Source: Macrostomum lignano
Taxonomy: Eukaryota
NCBI GenBank assembly: GCA_002269645.1
Contig: NIVC01001195.1
Location: forward strand, 275,604 to 339,603
DNA length: 64,000 nucleotides
Reading direction: 5' to 3'
Shown: piece by piece, positions 49,701 to 61,174 of the stretch
Numbering within the stretch: position 1 is the stretch's first letter
How the letters are laid out: each line of letters opens with the position of its first letter
Position numbers and translations under genes: made by a program
The notes under the pieces: model-generated
The model's database searches: none
Seen by the model: the letters and a program-made list of their open reading frames with translations, nothing else
What the model was told of the DNA's origin: nothing

Positions 49701-52700
49701 TGGCCAGGCAGACCGCGCAGCTGGCCACCCAGTTCTCGACGTCCCGTCGCAGACCAGGCCACCAGCAGCGCTCAGACAATCTCGCTCCGGTCCTGTCGAC
49801 GCCGAGGTGTCCGCTCTGGTCGCACGAGTGCGCCTGCTGCAGAAAATGCGGCCGCAGGTGACCGGGAATAACTGGCCGGCCACCCACCAGCAGGACACCC
49901 GCCGAGCTCACCGAGGCCTCGTCCAGCAGCTCGCGAACCTGCGCCGCCCACGAATCGGACAGGCTGTCAATCCCTTCGGTCAGTGCCTGGAACGCCTTGC
50001 TCAGCAGCGGGTCTTGCAGTTGCTCCTCGTGCAGGCGGCTGTCGTCCCACCGAGGCTGCAGGCGCGTGCCGGCCACCCGGCTCAGCGCATCCGGCACGAC
50101 GTTGTCCCTGCCAGGCCGGTACAGCAGCTCGAACGAAAACTGCTGCAGCGTAGAAAGCCATCGCGCCAGCCGACCTTCGGGGTCCTTCGTTGTCAGCAGA
50201 CCTTGCAGTGGCCGGTGGTCCGAGTAGACTCTGAAGCTCGAGACACTCAGCAGGTACGTCCTGAAGTGCTTCAGACTCCAGACCAGCGCCAGCAGCTCGC
50301 GGTCGGTCGCCGAGTAGTTGCGCTCGGCCTTGTTGAGGGTGCGAGAGGCGAACGCCACAGGCAGCTCGGCGTCACCGTGCAGCTGGCTGAGCACCGCGCC
50401 GACGGCGAACTGACTGCTGTCGCAGCTGAGCACGAACTGCTTGGTAAAATCCGGCAGCCTCAGCACCGGAGCCATCGTCAGCCGGTCCTTCAACTCGCGG
50501 AACGCTCGCTCGCAGTCGCTGCTCCACGCGAAGTCCCTCGATTTCACGCTGACGTCGTGCAGGACCCTCGCCGTCTGGCTGAAGCCTGGGATGAACCGAC
50601 GGTAGAACCCCAGCATTCCAAGAAACCGCTTCACCTCCTCGGTCGTCGTTGGGCTGGGCATGCTGCGAATGGCATCGACCTTGCCGGGATCCGGGGCAAT
50701 GCCCTGCTCGCTGATCAGGTGTCCCAGGTACAGCACCCGGCGATGGCCGAACGCGCTCTTGGCCTTGTGCAGCTTGAGTCCCGCGTCTCGCAACCGCTTA
50801 AAAACTTCCGCCAGCCTCTCTAAGTGCTCGTCGAACGTCCTGCTGAAGACAATGATGTCGTCGATATAAGTCAGCACGGACTCCCAGGACAGGCCGGACA
50901 TCACCAGCTCCATGAGCCGCTGGAACGTCGCCGGGGCATTGCACATCCCGAAGCCCATCTTGCAGAATTGCATCAGGCCGCGCGTCGAATAGAAAGCCGT
51001 CTTGTACCGGTCCTCCTCCGCCACCTCCACCTGGTGGTAGCCCTGCCGGCAGTCGATGGTGGAGAACCAGGAGCATCCGACAAGCGCATCCATGGCCTGC
51101 TGCAGGTGCGGCAGCGGGTACGCATCCTTGACCGTGCAGGCGTTGAGCTGCCGCCAGTCCGTGCACAGTCTGATGTCGCCGTTCTTCTTGCGGACCACCA
51201 GCAGGTTGCTGGCCCATGGTGATGTCGACGGCTCGATGATGCCGCTTTCCAGCATCTGGCCGATCTTCTTGTCCACCTGTTCTCGCACAGACAGCGGCAG
51301 CCGGCGCTGGACCTGCCGGTGTGGCCGCGCTCCCGGCTCCAGCTCGATCTGGTGCTGCAGCAACGCCGTCGTGCCCAGGTCGTACTCGTGCCTGGCGAAC
51401 AGGTCCTCGTTGCTCTCCAGTAGCTGTCGCAGCCTCGCAGCATCCGGTTCGGGCAGCTCCGCGTTTATGTTCCAACCGACAGGGTTCTCCTGGGCCGCCT
51501 CCTGGCGACCGTCCCCGTCTGTCATCGCGCCTTCGAACGTGCCAACCGCCTTGTTGGCGTACAGCAGCACGGGCTCCTCTGCCAGGTTGCACATTTTCAC
51601 CGGGATGCGGCAGTCGTCCGAGACCGCCAGCACGCGGGCCGGCAGGACGGCAGTGGACTTCACGAAGTCCTCAGACGGCTCAAAGACTCCCTGCTCGCCG
51701 CTGGAATCCACCTTGAGCCACACCAGCTTCTCGCTGCGGGCGGGCAACTCCGTAGTTGCCGCCACCCGCGCCACCAGGACACTCGGCACCAGGCAACAGT
51801 CTGCTCTAGCCGGCTCGCTGCTGAAAGGCACAGCTGTGCTGTCGAACCTGACGACGCCTTCTTTAATGTCAATGGTCATCGCCTGCGACACCTCGCCGAT
51901 GAAGTCCATGCCGATGATCAGGCTGGGCTGGATGCCGTCCACGACTGTGAAGCGATGGCACACGCGGATGGTCTGGCCGATCGAAACATCCGCTGCTGAC
52001 AGGCCGCCAAGGCAGCGCAGCCGGGATCCGTCGACGGCCGTCGGCAGCGCACCGATGTCGGTGGAGTCGATCTTGCACTGCAGTCTGTCGAACAGCGACT
52101 TGTCCATCAACGAAACTTGCGCGCCGGTGTCGAGCAGAGCAGGCGCTGACACGCTGCCAAAGTGCACCTTCACGAAGACTGAAGGCGCTGATCTGAGGGC
52201 CCCTTTTGAGCGGGTCGGTGCTGGCCCCAGGCTGCCGACCCTCAGAAGTTTCCCTGCGGCTGACCAGTTGGTGTCGGGCACACCGCGGCGGAGTGACCCT
52301 TGCCTGAGCACCGGCTGCAGCGACTGCCGATCGCCTTTGGGCACCGCCTAGCGATGTGACCTGGCTCGCCGCAGCTGAAGCACTTACTGGGTCCCTTCTG
52401 ACGCCTGTCTCTTCCGGGTTGTCCCGTTCGCACGCTGGCTGTCAGCTGCTGCATCTGCTGCTCCAGCTGGCTCAGCCGTCTGTCTTCTACCGACACCGCG
52501 GCTGATGAGGCTGTAGTTGCGTGGCTCACCAGCTCAAGCTGCGCAGCTCTGTCGACGATGGCGGCCAGCGAACACGAGTCCGCGTCCTGGTCCTTCAACA
52601 GCGCATCTCTCACGGCAGATGGCAGGAGGCGCATCAGGCGAAACTTCACGTCCTTTTCCCGAGCCGCCACGGAGTCGTCCGGGCGGGCCCGAAGGTGGAG

Positions 52701-55700
52701 AAGCTTCAGGCTGTAGGCGAGCTCCCTCAGCGACTCGTTGGGCTGTCGCTTTCGCTCTACAAAATCCTCCATTGCTCTGTAGCAGCTCAGACTGTTGCCG
52801 AAGCACTCGATCAGCTTCTCCTTCAGCCTTTCATAGCTGGCTGACACGTCTGCCGGCTGCTCCCAGACGAAGATTTGCGCTTCTCCTGTCACCAGCAGTC
52901 TCAGCTTCTTTGCCTTCTTCTTGTCGTCCCATTCACAGTCGTCGGCGAAGTCTTCAAACGTGCTTAGCCACATTCTCACGTTGGAGTCGCCGCTGAACTT
53001 TGGAGGCAATAAACTGGCTTGCTCTGATTTGGCCATACTGAGACCGCTGCCACCAGTGTAAGACCGTGGGTTGAATTGCAGTGACGAACACAACACGTGA
53101 GGAGACCTCACTGGCTCACGCCAATATATTTAATATACCAAAGTTGGGGTGGGTGTAACCACCCCAAGCACGCACACGCTGCAGCTCTAAACGCCATCCC
53201 CCAAAACAGCCAGACGTGCACATCTAAGTGCACGCGCACCAACAAGCCAGCCTACACTACTATCAAAGATCCCACTATCCCCAAATCTGAACCCATCCAA
53301 TGTCTGAATAAATCACTTGCCCACCTGTTTGCGGTCAAGAAGAGTTTCTGCAGGCTGCGGCATTTCTGCGCCAGCTCGGCCAGACAGCCGGTTGACGAGT
53401 TCACCCGGGTGCACCAGCCGATGTCCAGCTCCAGCAGGCCCGGGCAGCCGTCCGCCAGCGCCGTCACGCCGAGGCAGCCGAGGCCGCGACTGCGCCACAG
53501 GTCCAGGCTGAGCAGGCCACGGCAGCAGGCGGCCAGCTCCACCACAACGCCGTCGGCAAAGTCGGTCATGACCGGGCAGGCGCCCAGGTTGACGTGGCGC
53601 AGGTCGGGGTTGGCGCGGATCAGCGCCAGCAGCTGCTCCAGGCCGATGCCGCAGCGGTAGAGGTTCAGGCGGCGCAGGCGGCGGAGGCCGGTGGCCAGGG
53701 CGGAGAAGCCTAAGACCGTTGTCCTGGCGGAGTTGCAGCCGGATAGGTCGAGCTCTGCACACCGGATGACGCGTCAGTCCGTAATAAAACTTGAGCTCTT
53801 TAATTTTTTGATCTGTTATCAATAGTCTCGGTTCCATTTCCTCGATGAGCAACCCCAAATGTGCCCGCGATTCATTGCTGACAGTTTAAACTGCTGACAG
53901 GTCAGACTGCTGACAGGTCAGACTGCTGACAGGTCAGACTGCTGACAGGTCAGACTGCTGACAGGTCAGACTGCTGACAGGTCAGACTGCTGACAGGTCA
54001 GACTGCTGACAGGTCAGACTGCTGACAGGTCAGACTGCTGACAGGTCAGACTGCTGACAGGTCAGACTGCTGACAGGTCAGACTGCTGACAGGTCAGACT
54101 GCTGACAGGTCAGACTGCTGACAGGTCAGACTGCTGACAGGTCAGACTGCTGACAGGTCAGACTGCTGACAGGTCAGACTGCTGACAGGTCAGGCTGCTG
54201 ACAGGTCGCACTGCTGACAGTTCACTGCCCCCAATTTACTTCCTACTCACCATTCAGAGCCGGGCAGCTCTCTGCAATGGCGGTCAGGCACGTGTCGTCA
54301 AGAAAACCGCAGCTCGCCAACCGCAGAGCCGTCAACTGCCGCCCGACGCGAGCGCCGTCGTCAAGTCGGCAGTTGACGAGCTGGCAGAAGGTGGCCGGCC
54401 CGACTCCGGAGCACCAGGACAGCTCCAGCTGGCGGCAGGCGGTCAGCCGCTCGGCCAAGGACAATAAGTGGTCGTCCTTGAGTCGCAGGCAGTACGGCCG
54501 CAGACTGAGGCTCCGGTACAGCAGCGGGTCGGCACTGAAGTGGTTCAGCAGGCGGCAGGTCTGGCCGAGGCGCAGCAGCGACTGCAGGTCCAGCAGGCCG
54601 AGCAGGCGGCTCAGCAGCTCCGACGGCCAGCGGCCGAACCAGCCGGCAGAGGCGGCCGGGTCGGCGGAGTCGCCAGCCGGGCCGGCGGCGTCCACCAGGC
54701 TTAGCGAGGCGACCTTCCGGTTGATGCCGCGTAGCTTTGAATGGGAGCACCTGACACCCTAATTGGGGGCACCTGAGACCCTAATTAGGGAAACCACCTG
54801 ACATCCTAATTGGGGGCACCTGACACCCTAATTAGGGAAACCACCTGACACCCTAATTGGGGCACCTGACACCCTAATTAGGGTAACCACCTGACATCCT
54901 AATTGGGGGCACCTGAAACCCTAATTAGGGAAACCACCTGACATCCTAATTGGGGGCACCTGAAACCCTAATTAGGGAAACCACCTGACATCCTAATTGG
55001 GGGCACCTGACACCCTAATTGGGGAACCTGACACTCTAGTCCGTCGCACCTGATACCTTAATTATGGTATCTTGTGACACTTAAAAAATTGGGCAATCAG
55101 ATTACCAGACACTACATGGGGGCATGTAATACTTCAAACTGGAAAGACCGACATTTCAAAAGTGGGGCACCTGACAGTAAAGTAAACAGCTGACACACCA
55201 ATTGAGATTCACCTCTGACACATCAGTTTTAGATTCAGTTTAGATTCAGCTGACACACCAATTAGATTCGGCTGACACACCAATTAGATTCAGCTGACAC
55301 ACCAATTAGATTCAGCTGACACACCAATTAGATTCAGCTGACACACCTATTAGATTCAGCTGACACACCAATTAGATTCAGCTGACAAACCAAATAGATT
55401 CAGCTGACAAACCAAATAGATTCAGCTGACACACCAATTAGATTCAGCTGACACACCAATTAGATTAAGCTGACACACCAATTAGATTCAGCTGACACAC
55501 CTATTAGATTCAGCTGACACACCAATTAGATTCAGCTGACAAACCAAATAGATTCAGCTGACAAACCAAATAGATTCAGCTGACACACCAATTAGATTCA
55601 GCTGACACACCAATAAGATTCAGCTGACACACCTATTAGATTCAGCTGACACACCAATTAGATTCAGCTGACAAACCAAATAGATTCAGCTGACAAACCA

Positions 55701-58700
55701 ATTAGATTCAGCTGACACACCAATTAGATTCAGCTGACACACCAATTAGATTCAGCTGACACACCAATTAGATTCAGCTGACACACCAATTAGATTCAGC
55801 TGACACATCAGTTTAGATTCAGCTGACACACCAATTAGATTCAGCTGACACACCAATTAGATTCAGCTGACACATCAGTTTAGATTCAGCTGACACATCA
55901 GTTTAGATTCAGCTGACACATCAGTTTAGATTCAGCTGACACATCAGTTTAGATTCAGCTGACACACCAATTAGATTCAGCTGACACACCAATTAGATTC
56001 AGCTGACACACCAATTAGATTCAGCTGACACACCAATTAGATTCAGCTGACACATCAGTTTAGATTCAGCTGACACACCAATTAGATTCAGCTGACACAT
56101 CAGTTTAGATTCAGCTGACACACCAATTAGATTCAGCTGACACACCAATTAGATTCAGCTGACACACCAATTAGATTCAGCTGACACACCAATTAGATTC
56201 AGCTGACACACCAATTAGATTCAGCTGACACACCAATTAGATTCAGCTGACAAACCAAATAGATTCAGCTGACACACCAATTAGATTCAGCTGACACACC
56301 TATTAGATTCAGCTGACACACCAATTAGATTCAGCTGACAAACCAAATAGATTCAGCTGACACACCTATTAGATTAAGCTGACACACCAATTAGATTAAG
56401 CTGACACACCAATTAGATTCAGCTGACACACCAATTAGATTCAGCTGACACACCAATTAGATTCAGCTGACACACCAATTAGATTCAGCTGACACACCAA
56501 TTAGATTCAGCTGACACATCAGTTTAGATTCAGCTGACACACCAATTAGATTCAGCTGACACACCAATTAGATTCAGCTGACACATCAGTTTAGATTCAG
56601 CTGACACATCAGTTTAGATTCAGCTGACACATCAGTTTAGATTCAGCTGACACATCAGTTTAGATTCAGCTGACACACCAATTAGATTCAGCTGACACAC
56701 CAATTAGATTCAGCTGACACACCAATTAGATTCAGCTGACACACCAATTAGATTCAGCTGACACACCAATTAGATTCAGCTGACACACCAATTAGATTCA
56801 GCTGACAAACCAAATAGATTCAGCTGACACACCAATTAGATTCAGCTGACACACCTATTAGATTCAGCTGACACAACAATTAGATTCAGCTGACAAACCA
56901 AATAGATTCAGCTGACACACCTATTAGATTAAGCTGACACACCAATTAGATTAAGCTGACACACCAATTAGATTCAGCTGACAAACCAATTAGATTCAGC
57001 TGACACACCAATTAGATTCAGCTGACACACCAATTAGATTCAGCTGACACACCAATTAGATTCAGCTGACACATCAGTTTAGATTCAGCTGACACACCAA
57101 TTAGATTCAGCTGACACACCAATTAGATTCAGCTGACACATCAGTTTAGATTCAGCTGACACATCAGTTTAGATTCAGCTGACACATCAGTTTAGATTCA
57201 GCTGACACATCAGTTTAGATTCAGCTGACACACCAATTAGATTCAGCTGACACACCAATTAGATTCAGCTGACACACCAATTAGATTCAGCTGACACACC
57301 AATTAGATTTAGCTGACACATCAGTTTAGATTCAGCTGACACACCAATTAGATTCAGCTGACAAACCAAATAGATTCAGCTGACAAACCAAATAGATTCA
57401 GCTGACAAACCAATTAGATTCAGCTGACACACCAATTAGATTCAGCTGACACACCAATTAGATTCAGCTGACACACCAATTAGATTCAGCTGACACACCA
57501 ATTAGATTTAGCTGACACATCAGTTTAGATTCAGCTGACACACTAATTAGATTCAGCTGACACACCAATTAGATTCAGCTGACACAACAATTAGATTCAG
57601 CTGACACACCAATTATATTCAGCTGACACACCTATTAGATTCAGCTGATACACCAATTAGATTCAGCTGACACACCAATTAGATTCAGCTGACACACCAA
57701 TTAGATTCAGCTGACACACCTATTAGATTCAGCTGACACACCAATTAGATTCAGCTGACACATCAGTTTAGATTCAGCTGATACACCAATTAGATTCAGC
57801 TGACACACCAATTAGATTCAGCTGACACACCAATTAGATTCAGCTGACAACACCAATTAGAAGACCCACCTGTTCAGCCAGCGGTTGCACAGCCGCCTCT
57901 TGATCGCCAGAGTCAATCCCCGCAGTGCCGATGAGCTCAACCGTGTCAATCTCCGTGTAGTACGCAGCCAGACAGCAGTTGAACTCCAGCCGCAGCCGGT
58001 TCACCAGCCTGTTGGGCGGTACGGGCGGCCAGCAGCTGTCTGTGGGCGGCTCGAACACTCGGGACGCGTGCGGCTCTTTGCTGGGCCCCGGCCGGCGCCA
58101 CACCCGGTGCCACAGGTCGGCTTCAGCGTCGGCACCTTCCGGCGCTAGCGAGCGAGCGAACACGGCCACCAGGCAGCCGGGCACGAAGGTCTCGTAGACG
58201 CGGATACGCTGGAGCCGCACTGGCTGGCTGTACTCGACTTCGACGAAGTCCTCGGAGCAGTAGCCGGCTGGGAGGCTGCCCGGCCTTGTGCCGATTGGGG
58301 TGCGGCTGATGGTGCCTGCGACCACCATGGGCCATAGTAGCGCTGCAGTGCGGCCATGGTGGTGGAGTGCATGGTAAAATACATCTATGAGGTACAAAAA
58401 GCACTATACCAAAAATACCCAAACTTAAGAGCTTGATGAACTTTTATCTATCTTGTAAATTTCTAAACAAATTTAATTTATATTTTAGACAGAAGACATA
58501 CAAAACTTGGAAATCCATCAGTGCTAAAGCGCTTATCTGAATAAATAAAAAACATTGTAAACAGTACCTAATATGCTAAATTTAATAGCCATGCAAATCA
58601 AAGGCCTTGTAGTGACCTTCGCGAAAGTTCGATGCATTTGAATTATTTAATTTCTAGAAATTTCCCCGTAGAGTACAAATTAAATTCTCGAAATTTCTCT

Positions 58701-59639
58701 CACAGTAACTAATTTCAATACTCGCAATTATAACTATTCAATTTATAATTTATTACAGTAAAGCAGTACTACAATTAATGCAAATCTAATAGGAATCAAT
58801 AATTAATTTTTGTTTCGTTATAATGCTTAGAATTTTCTGATGTTTCCGGTGATGCTCCTGATGGCTATAAATATATGGTGCCCACAACAGATAATCTTTA
58901 CTTCCTTACTTCTTCTCCATACTTCTTACTTTTGATTAAATAAAATAAGAACCACCGCCTATCTCTTTTCCTTTTCTTTTATTTACTTTAAATCCTTACA
59001 GCCTGATGCACATATATTTTTTGTTTTTTTATTTGCCATTTGGGTTTCACATAAACTAGTTTCACTTTTTATTAGTTGCCAATATATTTTAATAGCTATA
59101 TATGCTTGTATACATATAGAACTTAGCATATTTTTTAAGAAGTTAATGGTTTTAAAGTTGAATTTAAATTTTACTTCATTGAAAGAAACATTAATTAAAA
59201 ATTATTTTTATACTACTTTTTAATCTTAGTGTCATTGTCATAGTCATGTGTATAGATTTGTATATATTATCTGTGCACAAATGATGTATGCATTGAGTGA
59301 TTTTATTGTTAAGCATGAAATGTTTTGGCCAACAAAAAGAGACAAATATTTAACAATTTCTAGGTATTAGAAGTACAAATGCTAGGAAAAAGATAAAAAA
59401 CTGAGATCAGCAAGCAAGCAAAGCAAGTAGCAAATCTTTTAAACTAAACTTACAAGAACACATGCTTCGCAGAAGTCTCCATAGCGAGGATAGACAGATG
59501 GGCCAGTTCCAACCAGTTGTCTGACTGAGTATGAGCCATCTTCTGAACCATATTGAGAGCTGAATGCAACAACTTTACAAGGAAACTGTCTAATGGGTTT
59601 TTTATTCAACAATATGTCTTCAGAGACACTTCTTTGCAT
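46794..59639 (-). CDS. FBXL4: FBXL4 (F-box/LRR protein 4), 5 exons, about 604 aa once a 1-nt deletion in exon 2 is corrected
   Basis: Exons 59639-59454, 58342-57870, 54734-54251, 53754-53325, 47034-46794. FBXL4-type motifs VVAFSSQYGSE, VYPRYGDF, SEDFVEV, VYETFVPG, YYTEIDTVELIG; F-box WPSELLSRLLGLL; LRRs LDLWR, LDIGWC, LFLTANR, LDILG, DVSFC. Exon sum is 1814 nt, one short of an in-frame total. Confidence 0.88.
47227..48259. mobile_element. Non-autonomous hAT (Charlie-like) element whose interior is a GA-rich microsatellite
   Basis: Termini CAGGGATCGGCAAAC and (reverse complement) CAGAGGTCGGCACAC; GGGCCGC subterminal motifs; degenerate 8-bp TSD GTATAGCA / GCATAGAA (6/8). Confidence 0.65.
47290..48140. 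repeat. (GGAGA/AGAGA)n polypurine microsatellite
   Basis: Seen directly; explains the Leu/Ser and Arg/Glu ORFs between 47168 and 48271. Confidence 0.95.
48535..52254 (-). CDS. pol: Gypsy pol (protease, RT, RNase H, integrase with GPY/F motif), in the -1 frame relative to gag
   Basis: Uninterrupted ORF (track 48535..52344): LLDTGAQ; PWAS, GYHQ, MGFG, YIDD; RNase H CDSSQFAVGAVL...DHRPL; integrase HH-CC, IDIKGP, HSDQG, NGIVER; WKGPY. Confidence 0.95.
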   Translation of the reverse strand, partial: GKLLRVGSLGPAPTRSKGALRSAPSVFVKVHFGSVSAPALLDTGAQVSLMDKSLFDRLQCKIDSTDIGALPTAVDGSRLRCLGGLSAADVSIGQTIRVCHRFTVVDGIQPSLIIGMDFIGEVSQAMTIDIKEGVVRFDSTAVPFSSEPARADCCLVPSVLVARVAATTELPARSEKLVWLKVDSSGEQGVFEPSEDFVKSTAVLPARVLAVSDDCRIPVKMCNLAEEPVLLYANKAVGTFEGAMTDGDGRQEAAQENPVGWNINAELPEPDAARLRQLLESNEDLFARHEYDLGTTALLQHQIELEPGARPHRQVQRRLPLSVREQVDKKIGQMLESGIIEPSTSPWASNLLVVRKKNGDIRLCTDWRQLNACTVKDAYPLPHLQQAMDALVGCSWFSTIDCRQGYHQVEVAEEDRYKTAFYSTRGLMQFCKMGFGMCNAPATFQRLMELVMSGLSWESVLTYIDDIIVFSRTFDEHLERLAEVFKRLRDAGLKLHKAKSAFGHRRVLYLGHLISEQGIAPDPGKVDAIRSMPSPTTTEEVKRFLGMLGFYRRFIPGFSQTARVLHDVSVKSRDFAWSSDCERAFRELKDRLTMAPVLRLPDFTKQFVLSCDSSQFAVGAVLSQLHGDAELPVAFASRTLNKAERNYSATDRELLALVWSLKHFRTYLLSVSSFRVYSDHRPLQGLLTTKDPEGRLARWLSTLQQFSFELLYRPGRDNVVPDALSRVAGTRLQPRWDDSRLHEEQLQDPLLSKAFQALTEGIDSLSDSWAAQVRELLDEASVSSAGVLLVGGRPVIPGHLRPHFLQQAHSCDQSGHLGVDRTGARLSERCWWPGLRRDVENWVASCAVCLAKKCPTKPQKAPLQSTCQPTAPWQLVQIDIKGPLPRTTDGKAYILSMCDAFSKWMETAALAAIDAVTVADALLKSVVLRHGAPQVLHSDQGRQFESEVFGRLCEQLGVEKTRTSPFHPSGNGIVERGNRTLGDMLATTVAENQQDWDSKLPYVTWAYNTSVHSTTGLSPYQVLHGWPPRLDLDSWLISGDRPAADGGHHGFLQRTQENLQSAFDTVHGRLRSAQVERNRLANQDSRFVPFEEGQLVMLRNSVVKRGQTRCLSAKWKGPYRVLRRLGEVNYRIQDETGRRRRLVVHHDRLKRFVQRRASLELPAAADHQPPAADSDNDGTAAEPPGQAADPDGDTVTFWPELQADEAPEEQPAAPAEPVTVPRRSARERRPPDLYMAGFA
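52212..52254 (-). promoter_or_regulatory. Programmed -1 ribosomal frameshift signal (G GGA AAC plus downstream stem)
   Basis: Heptamer at 52254-52248 in the gag frame, 6-nt spacer, then stem GGGTCGG / CCGACCC (52241-52235 with 52218-52212). Confidence 0.8.
52242..53036 (-). CDS. gag: Gypsy gag with two CCHC zinc knuckles
   Basis: ATG at 53036 just after the PBS; PPKFSG...W; CFSCGEPGHIARRC and CSRCSGKGHSAAVC. Confidence 0.92.
   Translation of the reverse strand: MAKSEQASLLPPKFSGDSNVRMWLSTFEDFADDCEWDDKKKAKKLRLLVTGEAQIFVWEQPADVSASYERLKEKLIECFGNSLSCYRAMEDFVERKRQPNESLRELAYSLKLLHLRARPDDSVAAREKDVKFRLMRLLPSAVRDALLKDQDADSCSLAAIVDRAAQLELVSHATTASSAAVSVEDRRLSQLEQQMQQLTASVRTGQPGRDRRQKGPSKCFSCGEPGHIARRCPKAIGSRCSRCSGKGHSAAVCPTPTGQPQGNF
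53885..54220. repeat. 16-bp minisatellite (CTGCTGACAGGTCAGA) in FBXL4 intron 3
   Basis: About 20 near-identical copies. Confidence 0.95.
54745..57860. repeat. FBXL4 intron 2 arrays: CACCTGACACCCTAATT(G/A)GGG variants (54745-55030) and 22-bp GATTCAGCTGACACACCAATTA (55185-57860, about 120 copies)
   Basis: Tandem arrays without unique spacers. Confidence 0.95.
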
Positions 59640-61174
59640 CTTTGTATAATTGTATTCTTATTCTAGTAGAAAATAATATAAAAAGAGCTGCATAGACATT
59701 TATCTTCACTCTTCAGTACTTTCTTGAACTGCCTTATCTCCAGTGCCAGTGATTCAAAACTAGACGTGGATGTGAACCTTACTAAAGAAAAGTTTACATA
59801 GAGCTAAACGAATACATATGATTAGTAAATTGAAAGTCAGCTACTTTTTTAATATTATAAATGCAAACGCAAAACACTGAACTTGATAAAGCTATGCTGT
59901 TGAATTGAACTAAATATAAAACTCTGCCCATATTAAACAAGTACCAGATAATGAAAACATGGGCTGAAAAAACAAAGCTTGTACAAAGATGTTCCAATTA
60001 TATAAGCAAATATTTGTGCAAAATTTTAAGATTATTTTTATATTCACAACTTAAAAACTTATTTTAATTGTTTCATTTGTTATAGTAGTCTAAAAAGAAA
60101 CAAAAAACCGTTAGTCGTATATCATCAAAACTTTTCTAGAGACAGTTGCTGGTTAATGGGTTATTTTTCCATTTTTTAATTTTTCCCACTAAAAATACTA
60201 ACAAAACAAGACACATGACACATTGATTATTTTATAGCTACATGACAAAACTAGTTATTTATCATTCCCACCAGTTCTATGGAACGGTATAGAAATACAG
60301 TACAGTAATATGTTTTCTAGAAATTTCACGCGGGTTTTTTGAAAGGATGCGAATTAATTTCGAAAAGCAAGCATTTTTTCACTTTGATAGGTGCAAGCCT
60401 AAAATTATAGCGGCTGTGCCGTTGGCAGTTTGCTTTAATATCTAACCCCCTAATCCACTTTGCATTTGGTCAGGAGTATATATTTTATCTCTATAGTTGG
60501 TAATAGATTCTCTATGTTACCGTACATGTTAATTCTATAAAAGCACACGCCAAGTGTCGAAAAGAGAAAGAAAACAAAAACGATTATTTCACGTGAGCAC
60601 ATTATCAAGGAAGATAGGCTGCACTAGGCTACTTATGTATGGAATTAATTGTACGATTATATTTTTGGTCTCAGGACGGAGAAGTCATTAGTAAAGGATA
60701 CAAGTTCTGTGGAAGGATAATAATACATGCAATTATACTTGGCAAAAGGAAAGTAATTAACAAAAAGCCCAAATTTATTGTAGCTTTTAATAAGCAACCG
60801 ATTTAAATTGCTATTTAAGTCTTAAATAATTGAAACGCTTAAAAATTGGAGAGTTGACAATAAAATGATGCCAGGCATAGATGATGGCTGTCAAAGCCCG
60901 CTCGTAGCGCTCAGCGTTAAATGGCACAAAATTAAGCAAATAAATGGGACAGTTGGCACCTCTTCATCCGTGCCCGATGCTGAAACTCGCCGCCTGAGCC
61001 TGGACTGAAAAAGTGCTTTTATACACTCAATCGAAACATTAGCTAGTCAGGCCAGCTAAAAATAGAGAACTAATTGATTTTGCGCTAAACACATGCTAGC
61101 GAACGGAAATTGTCTAAATATGGGTGCATGTACTCGTAGATGAGATCGGCACTGCCATGGAGTAGTGCCACACA

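Larger units (their letters stand above)
48299..53256 (-). mobile_element. Intact Ty3/Gypsy LTR retrotransposon, 4958 bp, in FBXL4 intron 4
   Basis: LTRs 48299-48498 and 53057-53256 (200 bp, TG..CA, no differences seen). TSD CTAC. PBS TGGTGGCAGCGGT, complementary to the tRNA-Leu 3' end. PPT AGGGGGAAAG. Order gag, PR-RT-RH-IN; no env. Confidence 0.96.

Noticed and set aside
48817-52996. Plus-strand ORFs of 125-431 aa over the Gypsy element
   Set aside because: Antisense shadows of GC-rich gag/pol coding sequence with no recognisable motifs.
54735-54752. Upstream acceptor at 54751-54752 rescuing the FBXL4 frameshift
   Set aside because: The shifted frame already stops at 58145 inside exon 2.
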